64,000 bases of DNA from the human T2T-CHM13v2.0 reference genome, Homo sapiens. Position numbers and translations under genes: made by a program. Below are positions 35,017 through 48,229 of the stretch, one piece after another (the stretch's first letter is position 1; every line of letters begins with the position of its first letter). Location of the stretch: NCBI RefSeq assembly GCF_009914755.1, contig NC_060944.1. One strand, 5' to 3'. A model generated the notes under the pieces. The model did not search any database, was not told the origin of the DNA, and was given only the letters and a program-made list of their open reading frames with translations.

Positions 35017-35092
35017 AGATTATTGCTTTTAAAACAGTGTTCCTCTCCTCTTACAGATTATTGCTTTTAAAACAGTGTTCCTCTCCTCTTAC
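35017..35092 (+). repeat. Perfect 38-bp tandem duplication
   Basis: agattattgcttttaaaacagtgttcctctcctcttac x2. Confidence 0.97.
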
Positions 35093-35109
35093 CAGATATC
35101 CCCAACAGA

Positions 35110-35605
35110 CCCCTGTAAAACCCAGTCTTTTAGAGTAGCTGACAAGGCCCTTTGTGACCTGCTCACTCCATTCTAGCCAGATGCAGGTACCCTCATATCT
35201 TAGGTATTTTGTCCTTTGGCGCTTCCTCTGGAAGAACTTTTCCTCATGTATCTTCCTGGCTAATGCCCTCCTTCAAGTCTTTGTCAAATCTCACCTTTTA
35301 TAAATGAGGTCTACCCTAATCACTCCTAATCATTCTATCTAAATTAGCAACCAGTTCCCATACCCTCCTGGATCTCTCTTCTCTGCATCATCTGTTTGTT
35401 TCTGATAGCAGTGATCACTTTGCACCATGTTACATAAATGACTGAACTATTGTTGGTCTTTGTTTGTCTAGCCGTACCAGAATGTAAGTTCCAGAAAGTG
35501 AAGCCACTTTTATCTGTTTTGTTTGTTGATGTATTCCGAACACCTAGAAATAGTGCTGGAACATGATAAACTCATTATGTATTTATCAAATTAATTGGTT
35601 GATTT
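35110..35605 (+). mobile_element. L2 3' end
   Basis: 'agaatgtaagttccagaaag...tctgttttgtttgttgatgtattccgaacacctagaaatagtgctggaacat'. Confidence 0.75.
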
Positions 35606-35899
35606 AAAAAATTGCATTCCTACTATTTTCTTTGTTCTCTCTTTTTGGAAACTACTATTATTTATATATTGAACCTCTTGGATTGAGTGACTAATTTTCC
35701 TGTCTTTTAAAAAAATTTTATATTTTTCTTCTGGTTCTACTCTGAAATTCTTCTTAAACTTTCTCCTCTAGTATTTGAATATGTTTCTTTTTCTCATTTC
35801 TGCTCTAATGGTTTTAATTTTCAAGGACTGTATAGTGCTTTCTGATTTTTCTTCTTCATATAGTGTTCTGTTCCTATTTCCTGGATGTCATATCTTCCT

Positions 35900-35949
35900 T
35901 AATCTTTCTGAATAATATGCTAAATAATCTTTCTGAATAATATGCTAAA
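35900..35949 (+). repeat. Perfect 25-bp tandem duplication
   Basis: taatctttctgaataatatgctaaa x2. Confidence 0.97.
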
Positions 35950-38303
35950 TGTGGGATTTTAGGGGGAGCTTTTTTTCCCTCCCATTTTATAATTATAGAA
36001 ACAAAAAAGGAACTGATAACAGTGAAATCCTATTGGAAGTAGGAGCTAGGGGAGGGAAGTCTTTCATTTTTCATTTTATATCTTTTAGTACTACTTTAAT
36101 CTCTTGCATTATGAATGTATTACTTTTATAATTATATTATTGATAATAATAATGAGAAGGTAGAGGTGAAGGAAGAAGAAAAGTCATTAATTAGATAAGC
36201 ACTGTGACCTTTGACCAATGCCTTTATAATATTTATGCAAGAAAAGAAATACTCTTACCTATGGGCATAATACCTACAAATACATAATACATACAAGGAA
36301 TACCTATCAGCATAGATCCAGACAGAATTCAAGTTTCATCAGGCAACTTAATGCCCCTCTGCATTCTATAGTAGTTCTTCAATGAATAATTTAGTGTGCC
36401 TGTAATGAGTTCTACTAACTGATGTGTCTATTCATCCTTATATATTGCAGAGTAGGACTATGGTGAAGGATTTTAATGTGATCTGGAATTTTATTCATCT
36501 GTAGTTATGCTACTTGTGTCTTGCATGGCAATGTAGGCTATCTTTAGCCTACTGTGCAGCAATCTAAAGGTTAAACCTTCAGTTATCCTTATTTGGTAGT
36601 TTCCACTTTGGCTCCCAGCCTGTTTGCTGTTTGACTATTGGGCCCCACCTATGTGCTTGCATAAACCTTAAGTGTTTTCTTTGCAAACATGAGCTGGGAG
36701 GCTGAGCCATCATTTCCAGAGAAGGTGACTTAAGCTTTATATCCAAGTTTGGACAGTTTGGGCCAACCTCACATGTATCATGTTTGGGACAATTTAGGGT
36801 AGACATTCCTGGCCTAAACCCATATTCCTATGCCAGTTTCCTTAAGCAGATACTATGAAGGCCCCATATTATGAGCAGAAGGCTACCCCATAGGTAGCCT
36901 GCTTTTGCAATTCTCCATCTACCTGATGGGCCCTGAAAGAGGACTGGTCATGCAGCATCAAGAGCTGGCCATCCTAATGCATGAAGCCCTTTCACTGGAG
37001 CCCTTTTCTTATGGAATGGCTATTATTCATTCACCATGGTGTGTCTGAAATGAAAGCATGTACGAACTTCTTGCAGATTCTTTTAATGATAAACTCCAAT
37101 GTCCTCAGGAAGAAAACTGGGAGAAGCCACTTTGGAGGAACCAGAGGAGAGGCCTGCAAATTACAGGCAGTTCTATGCTGCATTGTGCTAAAGTTGCTGG
37201 AGGACACAGAACATGTGTTTTACAGATGCTTAAATTATTGTTCACTATTATAAAAGTGAGTTTTATTCTCTTTGTTTCTCTAATTCAGAGGAAGAAGATA
37301 AGTAAAGTGTCTAATTCAGAGTTAGACGAAAAGCAAAGGGTCCATCAAAATGATGGCATTGTTTTTATTTAGGATGAAGTAAGAAGTGAGAAGTCCAGAG
37401 ACATAAATTTGGGGTTTCTTGAATTGTAACTGGGTTCACAGAGGAACAGTGATGAGGTTTGATTCCCATAAGCTTCAAAGAGAAGATTATGAGAACCAAA
37501 AAATAAAATTAAATACTAAAAGATGGTACAAAGCACCATTCATTGCTTGAAAAGGGCTGAGTGATATATGGCATCTCAACTTAGAGGTAATGGTTTGAGT
37601 CGGTTATTTCTACTCTATCAGGAAAAGAGAGAAAGAGACGAAAAAAGAGAAAAATAAAAATTCTCACATGTGATTTATTTTTGTGTTAAAATTGGGGAAA
37701 AACAATCTTTGAAATTGTTTATTTAACTCAATGGTGGATATAATTATTTAGAGATGTTGACAATAAAAAATAGTTGTACATTGGACTATCAGGGCTTTGT
37801 AACGATAGCTAGCATATCCTAAATACATTAGATTTTATTTTACGCATTATCACAATGATACCTAACATCCTTGTGAGGAAAAAACATATTCCTCAAAAAA
37901 AAAAAATCTTAATTTTCACAAAACATTTAGAACCTTTGGTAAATTAGGTCAATAAAGTTACTGGGTCCCACTTTGATTGGCTTATGACAGTCTCAGTCTG
38001 AATGACTGAACCTCCTTGAAAGGCATCCTCAGATTAATAATAAGAAGAATTTCCTAGTGGCAGAGCTCATTAGTGAGTTAGCCTTCTTCAACTGGGAGAA
38101 GACTTTAGATCAAGCCATTGGAATAGGGTGAAAACAAAGAAACAAAGCTTTCCCCTGCCAACCATGATAAAAAGCATTTTTGAAAATATTTGAATACATG
38201 GTTATAAAAAAGACATTTGTAGTTGTTGTTTGTAATAATTTATTAAAGCAACACAGTGGAAAATTAATCTCTCAGTTTGACTTTTTATGAATTTGTGTAT
38301 GTG

Positions 38304-38344
38304 TGGATGGATAGATAGATAGACAGACAGACAGACAGATAGAT
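38304..38344 (+). repeat. Compound (GATA)/(GACA) tetranucleotide STR
   Basis: ggatggatagatagatagacagacagacagacagatagat. Confidence 0.93.
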
Positions 38345-41158
38345 GCAGATACACACTTTCTTTGTTTCTGCCCTCAGTGTGAAGGGACAGGGGTATGTTG
38401 AATAATTCTTACTGATGCAAAATTTAATTGCTCTTCTGCTTTCTTACAGTTATTGGGATTTGTGGACTAGATAGAAGAAGGAAACCTAGAACTTGCCAAT
38501 GTCTAGATTCTTCTCAGTTGCTAAAGGATAGGTTCCTTTGTCCAACTCATCACCTCAGTGAGGTGGGGATGTGCAAGTTGATGATTGTATAATATAATGC
38601 TTCTCTAGGGCACAGTCAGAGGGATGCTAGGAGGACCCTAGGGGTATCTCAGGTGATCCAGAGGAAGTTTGGCAAGTTCACAAGAAAAAGTGACATAATT
38701 GTTTGGCTTATGCACAGTTCATAAGTGTGAAATGTTAGATTATTTTAAATTTTCACAGAAATTCTTCATGCATTTCACATTTTTCTCAAAGGTTTTGCAT
38801 GTACTTAAAAAACTGAGTTGGTCAGTATACTTTGACTAACATTACATTAATAGAATGGTTCATCTTGACAATGCTATTTTCAACATCCAAGCAGCAAAAT
38901 CAGATGCTTATGTATTGTTTTCATTTGTTAAATAGTCTTTGTTCTTACTAGTGTGTACTGTTATATCCCCAATTGACACAAATGAATAGATGACTCAGAA
39001 ATACTTCATTGGAGATAATAGTGCTATTAAAAACAAATAAAAGGATTATATTAAGATGATGTTATGATATAAATAGTAAATAGATCTTCAGTATGAGTAC
39101 AGAATGTGACTGTATATATGTATTGATAATTTCACTCACATAGCTAAAAATTAAGAGTGCAAATAGGAAATATAATTGTTAATATCAAAAATTAAGATGT
39201 TTTTATTGTATGGCTGAGGTTTCATCTCCAAATATGCCTGCTGTGAAACTTTTGAAAGTATTTTATGAAGCCTTCTAGATTTTCATGTCATTTTTAAATT
39301 CATAAATGAAACATGCACTTATTTATCAGAACAAATGCAAATTAGTAAATCAGGACCAAATGGAAAATTTTATCTCTGAAGTCAAAGAAGAGATAAAAAT
39401 GAGAGGTGCATAATTACAAGTTTTTTCTCTATAGCAGAAACCAATATAAATCTTATTTCACCAAAGTGCTTGCAACAGTCAACCAAAATTAATGTCAAGT
39501 AAAAGAGCACAGAAAGAAAGGTGATTATGTCATTGCCAAAATAAGCCATTACCATAATTCCTTTATCCATTATATTGTTGGATATTCCTTTATAACAGTA
39601 GGCAGTTATGATTAATACAATTCCAATTTGACCCAAAGCCTCACCTAAGGAGTTCTTCTAGTCTATCCTCAGGATGACTACCATGTCACATTTTGTGTGT
39701 TCATCTACCTCTTACAATCACAAAGTCAGCATATTACAGGAACTGGTTGGGTAACCTGGTTAAATTTGTCTTCATCAACTCAGTCCTCCCTTTGAGGTAA
39801 CTATAATTCTGGTTATTTTTTTTTCCAAGTGAGTGAAAATTATATTATACCTTTGTGATCAAAACTATGCAAGAATCTTTTTTTTTTAAGTTCATTTTTG
39901 TAGATACCAATTGGGATTAGAGTGCTCTGTCTTTTCCCCTGTCCTTGCATATTGGATTCCAGGCAAAATTCAATTTATTTGGTTAGTTATGTCTATTTAT
40001 CTTAAAATATTACTTGAGTATTCTCATGTATTTTAATGTTCATTGCTCTCTGCCCCATTATATTTACTCTGTAACTACTGTGGATATGCTAACAGGTGTT
40101 GTACCTTACAGCTGGATGAAACCAGAGGTTGTGTAGTGTGTGAATCAGTTCTTAGTATAGGAGAAAGTCTCAACAAAGGGAGAAATGTATAATTTTTTGT
40201 TTTGTTATATGCTGAAAATTCAAACTGGAAAAGAAGATAATTTCTATTTAACTTATTATTGTTTTGTGAGCATTCATATAGACTAGAAAAAAATTTATTC
40301 TCATAAATGCTAATACTAAGACCCACTAAACGTGCAATAAAGATTAGTGTTGCAGTGCAGATGAAATTGGCTCCACCTATACTCTCAGCCACACAGTGAT
40401 TTATTCATAGAGAACAGTTAGCAGCCAACAATTTCCCTCTTAGTCTCAGTTTGGAGTGGAGAAAAAGGTACAAATTGTGACTGTAACTAAATGGTCATCA
40501 GTGAATACAGATAGAACAAGACTCTACTTTTTCATACTGAAGTTTTGAGTTTCAATAAAAACGGTAAGCACGTGAGTATTTGAAAAGAGGCTTGAAATGA
40601 AAGCATTTCCTCATAACCTAGACCAAAACAAAGACATCATTTTTATGACTTCCAGTACTTCCTTCCAGAAATATAATCCTAGAAATGTTAGGGCCTTTAG
40701 AAATATAAACATGTCACCCCAGGTCCAACATCCCACAATTCTAAAATGGAAGAATAGAAAATGTCAGGATTTCTTAAAGTCTACATTTTGGTACTATGAC
40801 TCAATTATTAAAACAAAAGTTTTGTTTTTCAACGACTAACAATTTTCTTAACTTCTTGGTCAAGAAGGAAATACATGTTTACATTTTATATAATAACTTG
40901 ATTGTTGAAAATTTGCCTTTTTGCCAATTTTATAAATTTTATTTACTTTTGTAAAAGAATTTGTTGGCCCAAAAGATGAAAGAGAATATAAAAACAAAAG
41001 AAAAACTAATAATACTTTTCAAGTCTTAATGCAAACAGTATAAGAATGAAGAATGCATTTTCAAGATGAAATATGTAGCCTTGCCCGCTTCGAAGGGGAT
41101 GTAACTATCGACTCAGCACCCAACAGCACTGAAAGTTATCTTCACTGAGATCCACCAC

Positions 41159-41261
41159 TATATTTTGAGTCCATATTCAAATGAGAACCCAGATATCTGG
41201 TATTCAAATAAGATACGACAGATATCTGGTATATCTCATTTGAACATGGACTCGAAACATA
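41159..41261. repeat. Inverted repeat / fold-back palindrome
   Basis: Arms 41159-41186 and 41234-41261 match 25/28 in reverse complement; two internal cagatatctg palindromes. Confidence 0.9.
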
Positions 41262-41987
41262 CTGCCATCATTTGTGATACATAAGTATGGGTTAGGATTT
41301 TCTACTTTTGTTTAAAGTACGTATAGTAGTGAAAAAGAGAACAAAGTTGACAAATGAGTACCTATTTCTCAGGTTTTCTATTATCAATATAAGTGCAAAA
41401 ATGTTGGTAAAAGTTTACAAGAATTTTTTTACTCTCAATATGAAACCATTATAATTGAACTTGAAATTATTTATGTTAAGTGGCTTTTTTATATTTAGAA
41501 GTATAAAGCTTTTTAAATATGAAAATTTTGGGTCCATATACATTCTGAATAATCATTAAATGCTCTATTAATGTAAAAAATTGACAATATTATTCTTACA
41601 AATATTCAATCACTTAAGATAAGCACAATAAAAATAATAATCATCATACTAATTATACTAATTGTCACTATTTAAATATGGAAAGTCAAGTAGTTTTATT
41701 TTAGTTATCTAAATTTATTAATCAAAGTAATGTACTCTTTATGAATTAAGACAAAAATCAGAGAATTAGGACTGTAGACTCAGGTGCCAGTAAATTTTTA
41801 GAAAATGAAATATTGTGTTTAAAATGAATACTGACCCTTATTGAGATATGTTAGTGTAATGAACACTTGACTCCCACTTTTTGTATTCCAGCTACTGCCC
41901 AAATAACCCATTCTTGACCCTGACTTGATATTCACCCATTTCAACCACATTCATTCATTCTCTTATTTGTACATATAACACTTACCG

Positions 41988-43455
41988 ATAGTAGCCATCC
42001 TAACAGAGATTATAATTCATTTTGGTTTTGATTTGCATTTCTCTGACGGTTAGTGATGTTGGGCACATCTTCATATACTTGGTGTCCATTTTTACTTTTC
42101 TTTGGACACATATCTATCCACGTCCTTGTTTTTAAAAACGGATTTTTTTTTGGTATTGAATTGTAGCACTTTCTTACATATTTTAGGTATTAATCCCTTA
42201 TTAGATAAATGGTCTTCAAATATTTTCTGCCATTGCACAGGTTAACTTTTCACTCTGGTGATTGCTTTCTTTGCTACATAGAAGCTGTTTTTCACTTGAT
42301 GTAGTTCCATTCATCTGTTTTTGCTTTTGTTGTCATACTCAAGCAGTCACTCTCCATGCAGGAGTCAAGAAGCTCTTCCCCTTCTGGGAGTTTCATAGTT
42401 TTAGGTCTTAATGTTTAAGTCATTGATCTATTTTGAGTTGACTTTTGTGCATAGGGCAATAATTTGATTCTTTGCATGCAATATTAATTTTTTCCAGCAT
42501 AATTTGTTGAAGAGGCTACCCTTTCCCCATTGTGTATTCTCAACACCCTTGTCAAAGATAAGTTGGCCATATATGAATGGCTACTAGCAAAATATAACAA
42601 GTGTTTGTGAAGATCTCAAGAAATTGAATCCCTTGCATACTGTTGGTGAGAATGTAAAATGGTGTAGCCACTGTGGAAAGCAGTTTGGAGTTTCTTCCAA
42701 AAATTAAAAACAGAACTATCATATAATCCAGCAATACTACTTCTGAGTATATATTGTAAAGAATTGAAATCAAAATCTCAAAGAGATACCTGCACTCCCG
42801 TGTTCATTACAACATGATTCGCAATTGCCAAGATATGGAAAAAACTCAAATGTCCATTGACAGAGAAATGGATTTTAAAAATTGTAGCATGTACATACAA
42901 TGAAACGTTATTCGGCTTTAAGAAAGACAGAAATCCTGTAATTTGGAACAACATAGATTCTTCAGGATTTGGTGATGACCCTGGAGTACATTATGCTAGC
43001 TATTCACAGAAGGACAAATACTGCATGATTCCACTCATATAATGTATCTAAAATAGTCAAACTCATAGAAGCATAGAATAGAATGATTTCCAGGGTCAGG
43101 AGACAGGGGGAGATGGGAAATTGTTGCTGTATGGGTATAAAGTTTCATTTATGCAAGATGGGTAAGTTCTAGAGACCTGGTGTACAACATAGTTCCTACA
43201 GTTAACAATATGTTAATATGCACTTAAACTTTGTTTAAAAAGTAGATCTTAAGTTTTCTTACCGCACACATAAAAACAACCAAAGGGAGAAAAAAAGAAC
43301 ACAAGTTTTTGGAGGTGTTGGATATGTTTAATACTTCAATTGTGATGATGGTATCACAGATGTGTGTATATGTTCAAAGGCATCAGATTGTATGCATAAA
43401 ACGTGCATAAAATGTGCATTTTGTATATCTATTATACATCAATAAAACTGTTAAA
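41988..43455 (+). mobile_element. L1MA-type LINE with 5' inversion (41988-~42578 inverted; ~42577-43455 sense)
   Basis: Antisense L1 ORF2-end sequence switches to sense at 'gaatggctactag'; ends 'aataaaactgttaaaa'; sits inside an L2 tail. Confidence 0.8.
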
Positions 43456-44900
43456 AGCATTTATTGAGCACTTACTATGTGTTAGACACTGTTTCAGGTA
43501 CTGGCATACATACTGAACATAATAGATCAGTGTTTCTGCCCTCATGGAACTTACATTCTAATGAAGGGAAGTAGAAAATAAGGAAGCAAATAAGTAAAAA
43601 CATAATGTTATTATGTTCAATTGTATCAAATATATTGTGAGTAGTTAGTTAATAAAGCAGGAGAGGGTATATGAAGTGTCAGGGGTACCTCCAAAAGCCC
43701 TTACCGAGAAGGTGACTTCTTAAAAAATATGTAAAGGATGAAGTCAGCAAGCCACAGCTGTATCTATGGAAAAAGTATGTTAAGCAGAGGGAAGAGCAGG
43801 TGTAAAGGCCCTGAGGTGGGAGCACGTGTGATGTGTTTATAGAACAGTGAGAAGCTCAGTATGACCTGAGTGTAAAAGCAAGAGAGAGAGTAAGATCAGC
43901 AAGTAAAGGGTTGAGACAGTTTGTTTACATAGGGCTGTAGGGGTTCAAGGATTTTTGCTTTGATTCTAAATGATCTGAGTTAGTTTTTAACCATGTCACT
44001 GTGACTTGTATGATCAGGGAGACCAATTCCTAGCTAATCCAAATGAGAAATAATGATCATCTGAACAGGTAATAGCAGTAAAGATAATAACAAGTGGTTA
44101 AAATCTGGATATCTATTTTAATGCTAAATTCTTCAGAATTTGATGATGGATTAGATGTGAACTGCAAGACGAAGAGGTGAATCAGGTTGACACAAAAGGT
44201 TTTGGCCTGAATAATGCTAAGGTCAGTGTTGTCATTAATTGAGGACAGGAACATTTGCAAGTAGAACTTAGACTGGGGAATTAAGGAACACTTATTTAAG
44301 CATGCTAAGTTTGTAATGCCTACTAGACATTCAAGAGGAAGTGTTAAGTAGAAATTTGGATATTTACATCTAAAGCTGTGTAGTGGCAGGTAGAGGGAGG
44401 AGGAACAGCTGCTGATATTAGTCAGGAATCATCTGCAATGATTCACACAATGATCACACACAGGGACTGAATGGACAGAAAATGGAGAACTTCCAAGGAC
44501 TGAATTCTGAGACATTATAGCATTTAGAGGTAGATGAGGAAAGGAGATGGAAAAAGAGAAGCCAAGACAAGAAAACAACCAGGTGACGGTGATGTCCTAA
44601 AAGCTAATGAAAAAAAAAAAAAGAAAAGAATTGGCCATCAGGTTTAGCAATATGGAGATAACAGGTGATCATGACAAGCCAAGTTTTCAGAAAGTGTTTA
44701 GGAAAAAACCTGATTGGTGCATATCCAAGCAAATTTGGACGGACGTCATTTGAGAGAGAGGACAGACAACACCACAAGGAATTTTACTGGATAGATGACC
44801 AAGAAATGGAAGACTAATTGGAGGGAGAAGTGGGCATTAAGAATGAATGTCATTTGGAAAAATAACATGTGTTTTTATGCAATATAAATGATCCAAAGAG
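43456..44900 (-). mobile_element. Long L2 fragment (its cattcattcattc tail lies at ~41948, on the other side of the L1)
   Basis: 'atttattgagcacttactatgtg', 'ctgccctcatggaacttacattcta', 'aaaggccctgaggtgggagc'. Confidence 0.8.
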
Positions 44901-45299
44901 GTTGATATTTATTAAATACTTACTTACATTAATTCATAATCCCCACACCAAGCATGAATATTAACAATGAAGTAAAATTTCATGATGAGGTGAGGATTTG
45001 ATAAACTAAAAATTATATATATATTTCAAAGCAGCTGCACTAAAACCACAATTTTTAAATGGCTCCACCAAAATTGCCAAGTCAAATGCCTTGTAAATCT
45101 AACTCCTTCATGTCCTTTTCTCCTTTCCAAATACTTACACTCTCATAGGAATGTATTCCTTTTAAACTGCCATCTTTCCTTGAACTTTTTGTATTTTAAA
45201 TCTTAAATATAAATTTAGGAAAAAAAGCTTTGTTTCTCTTTAAGGTGATTTCTGCTACTAATAAGCCATAGTATGGAAATATCTTGGAAGTCAAGAGGC

Positions 45300-45749
45300 T
45301 CCTTTGTATGATCTTGGCCCTGAAATCAGCCCAGGACCTGAGCTGACTTTGAGAATCATAGTCCGGTTATGTTAGGGTATTACATAAGACTGGATCAGGG
45401 AATGAGGGAAGCAGAATAGGACAGAGAAGAAGCCAGGCACAGATGTGGGCTTAACTAGTGACTAACTTCAGCCTGATCCCATGGGCAGCCCTGAGGCATG
45501 AATTTCACCGTGGAGTTGTTTCTTTCTGAGATAAGGGTGCTGGGCTCTTGTGCCACCATGTTTGTCAGTCATCGTCTATAGGCTGCTCTCAGTGCAAAAG
45601 TTGGTGATAAAGAGCAGTCACTTCCCAGATAAGGCAGCTTTTGTGCTTCCCAGGTTAATTTTCAGGAGAAAAGGAGCTCTTAGCAGCTAGACATGGATGT
45701 ACCGCCCCAGGAAAGGGATCCGGATGGAGCGGCAACAGTGTCCACCACA
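45300..45749 (-). mobile_element. LTR16-like ERVL LTR
   Basis: 'cagcctgatcccatgggcagccctgagg' and end 'aagggatccggatggagcggcaacagtgtccaccaca'. Confidence 0.65.
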
Positions 45750-46399
45750 CTTGCCGTCAGTACCTACCATTTAGATGCCTCTACGTTCCTCTTAGGAAGA
45801 GTGATATAGGTTCAATAAGGTAGGCATGGATGTTGTTTATTGTTACCAGAGCACCAATAAAGGAAAGTGAAACATTCCAAAGCCTTGATGTCTGCAAAAT
45901 ATTAGTATACCAACTCCTTGTCTATTTTCCCATGTGCATCTTATGAATGGCCATGAAGGCTGATCAGGACCACAGTTTACCTCTGCCTGTCTGGGGTCAC
46001 CCACAAGGAATCCCTGGGAGTTGAAGTACAAATATATCCTCTCTGCTACCCCCTGTAAGGAGAGTTCTCATCTATAATGCATCATCTATCATTGTCCTTA
46101 GGTGATATTCACAGTAGATTATAATGACTTCATACTTGACATGTATGTGTAAATTTCATGTGGCTTTTTGCTCATGTTAGATAACTGCTTTAATTGTGTT
46201 GGTGGTTGACGATAATCACTATAACTGCATCTATGAGATATTTGTGCAAGCAGACTTCGTGTTTTGTATTTATGCCTGTTAAACTTTCCTGTAAATATTG
46301 GCACAGGTACATCACCACATACTTTTACATAACACCAGAAAACATTGTTGTAGAGCAATTTTAGGAGGAGGGAGAACACTGAGATGTCAAACTTGTGTT

Positions 46400-46540
46400 T
46401 AGATTTTAGTTCTTTTACTTTATAGCTAATCTGGGAAAATAAGTTAATTGACATTCAGTTTTATCATCTTTAAAATGGGAATTAACCAATCCACCTCTAT
46501 TCCCATCCCCAAGGATTTTAGTGATGCCTCAACATGATAA
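46400..46540 (+). mobile_element. MIR fragment
   Basis: 'cagttttatcatctttaaaatgggaattaac'. Confidence 0.6.
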
Positions 46541-46557
46541 AAAAGAAAAGGAAACTT

Positions 46558-48229
46558 GTCATAAATTCTTTGCTTGGGCCAATGTCCAGAGAGTTTTTCC
46601 TAGGTTCTCCTCTAAGATTTTTATAGTTTCTGGCCTTACATTTAAGTCTTTGATCCATCTTCAGTTAATTTTTGTATATGGTGAGAGACAGGGGTCTAGT
46701 TTCATTCTTCTGAATATGGCCAGCCAGCTATCCCAACACCGTTTATTGAATAGGGTGTCCTTTCCCTTCTGTTTATTTTTGTCACCTTTGTTGAAGATCA
46801 GTTGGTTGTAGGTATGTGGCTTTATTTCTGGGTTCTCTATTTTGTTTCATTGATCTATGCATCTATCTCTGTACCAGTACCATGCTGTTTTAGTTACTAT
46901 AGCCTTGTTGTTTAATTTGAAGTCAGGCAATGTGATGCCTCTAGATTTTTTTCTTTTTGCTTAAGATTGCTTTGGCTATTTGGGCTCTTTTTTCTTTGTT
47001 CCATATGAAATTATAGGATTGTTTTTTCTAATTCTGTGGAAAATGATGTTGGTAATTTGATAAGGATTATGTTGAATGTGTAAACTGCTTTGGGCAGTAT
47101 GATTATTTTAACAAGATTGATTCTTCCAATCCATGAATATGTGATAATTTTTCATTTATTTGTGTCATCTACAATTTATTTCATCAGAGTTTTGTAGTTC
47201 TCCTTATAATGATTGTTTACCTCCTTTATTAAATGTATTTCTAGGTATTTTGTGCATGTGTGACTACTGTAAATGGGAGAAAATATTTGCAAATTATGCC
47301 TCTGACAAAGAATTAATATCTAAAAGGAAATTAAAGAACTCAACAAGAAAAATAACCTAATTCAAAACTGGACACGAACAGACATTTCTCAAAAATGAAA
47401 TACAAGCAGCCAACAAGTGCACGAAAAAAAAATGCTCCACATCAATAATCATCAGAGAAATGCACATTAAAACCACAATGAGATGTCGTCTTACACTGGT
47501 CAGAATGGCTATTATTAGAAAGTCAAAAAACAACAAATGTTGGTGTGGATGTGGAGAAAAGGGAACACTTATACACTATTAGTGAGAATGTGAATTAATT
47601 CAACCTCTATTTAAAATAGTAAGAAATTTTTTCAAAAAACTAAAAATAGAACTGCTACTAGGTCCAGCAATCCACTACTGAGTATCTACCAAAGGAAAAA
47701 AAAAAAATCATTATTTAAAGAAGACACCTGCACTTGTATGTTCGTTACAGTGTTGTCCACAATAACAAAGTCATAAAACCTAAGTGTCCATCAATGGTTG
47801 ACTGGATTTAAAAATGTGATATATAAACACCATGAAACACTTTGCAGCCATAAAAAAGAATAAAAACATATTCTTTGAAGCAACATGGATGGAGCTGAAG
47901 GCCATTATCCTAAGTGAACTAACTCAGAAATAGAAAACCAAACACTTCATCTTCTCACTTGTAAGTAGGAGCTAAACGATGGGTACACATGGACATAAAG
48001 AAGGAAACAACAGACACTGGGAACTCCAGAAGGGTGTGGGAGGGAGGGTGGTGAGGGCTGAAAAATTATCTGTTGGGTATAATGTTCACTATGTGAGTAA
48101 TGCGTACACTAGAAGTTCAGTTCCCACCAGTATGTAATGTACTCATGTAACAAACGTGCACATGAACCCTATGAGTCTAAAATAAGATACAATAAAATAA
48201 AACAAATAGTGTAAAAAGAAAAAAAAAAG
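46558..48229 (+). mobile_element. L1PB-like LINE with 5' inversion (46558-47278 inverted; 47272-48229 sense)
   Basis: Orientation switch at aatggga; perfect 16-bp TSD aaagaaaaggaaactt (46542-46557 / 48230-48245). Confidence 0.93.

Noticed and set aside
38620-39330. Possible ancient DNA-transposon remnant
   Set aside because: Only a vague resemblance; no terminal inverted repeats or TSD identified
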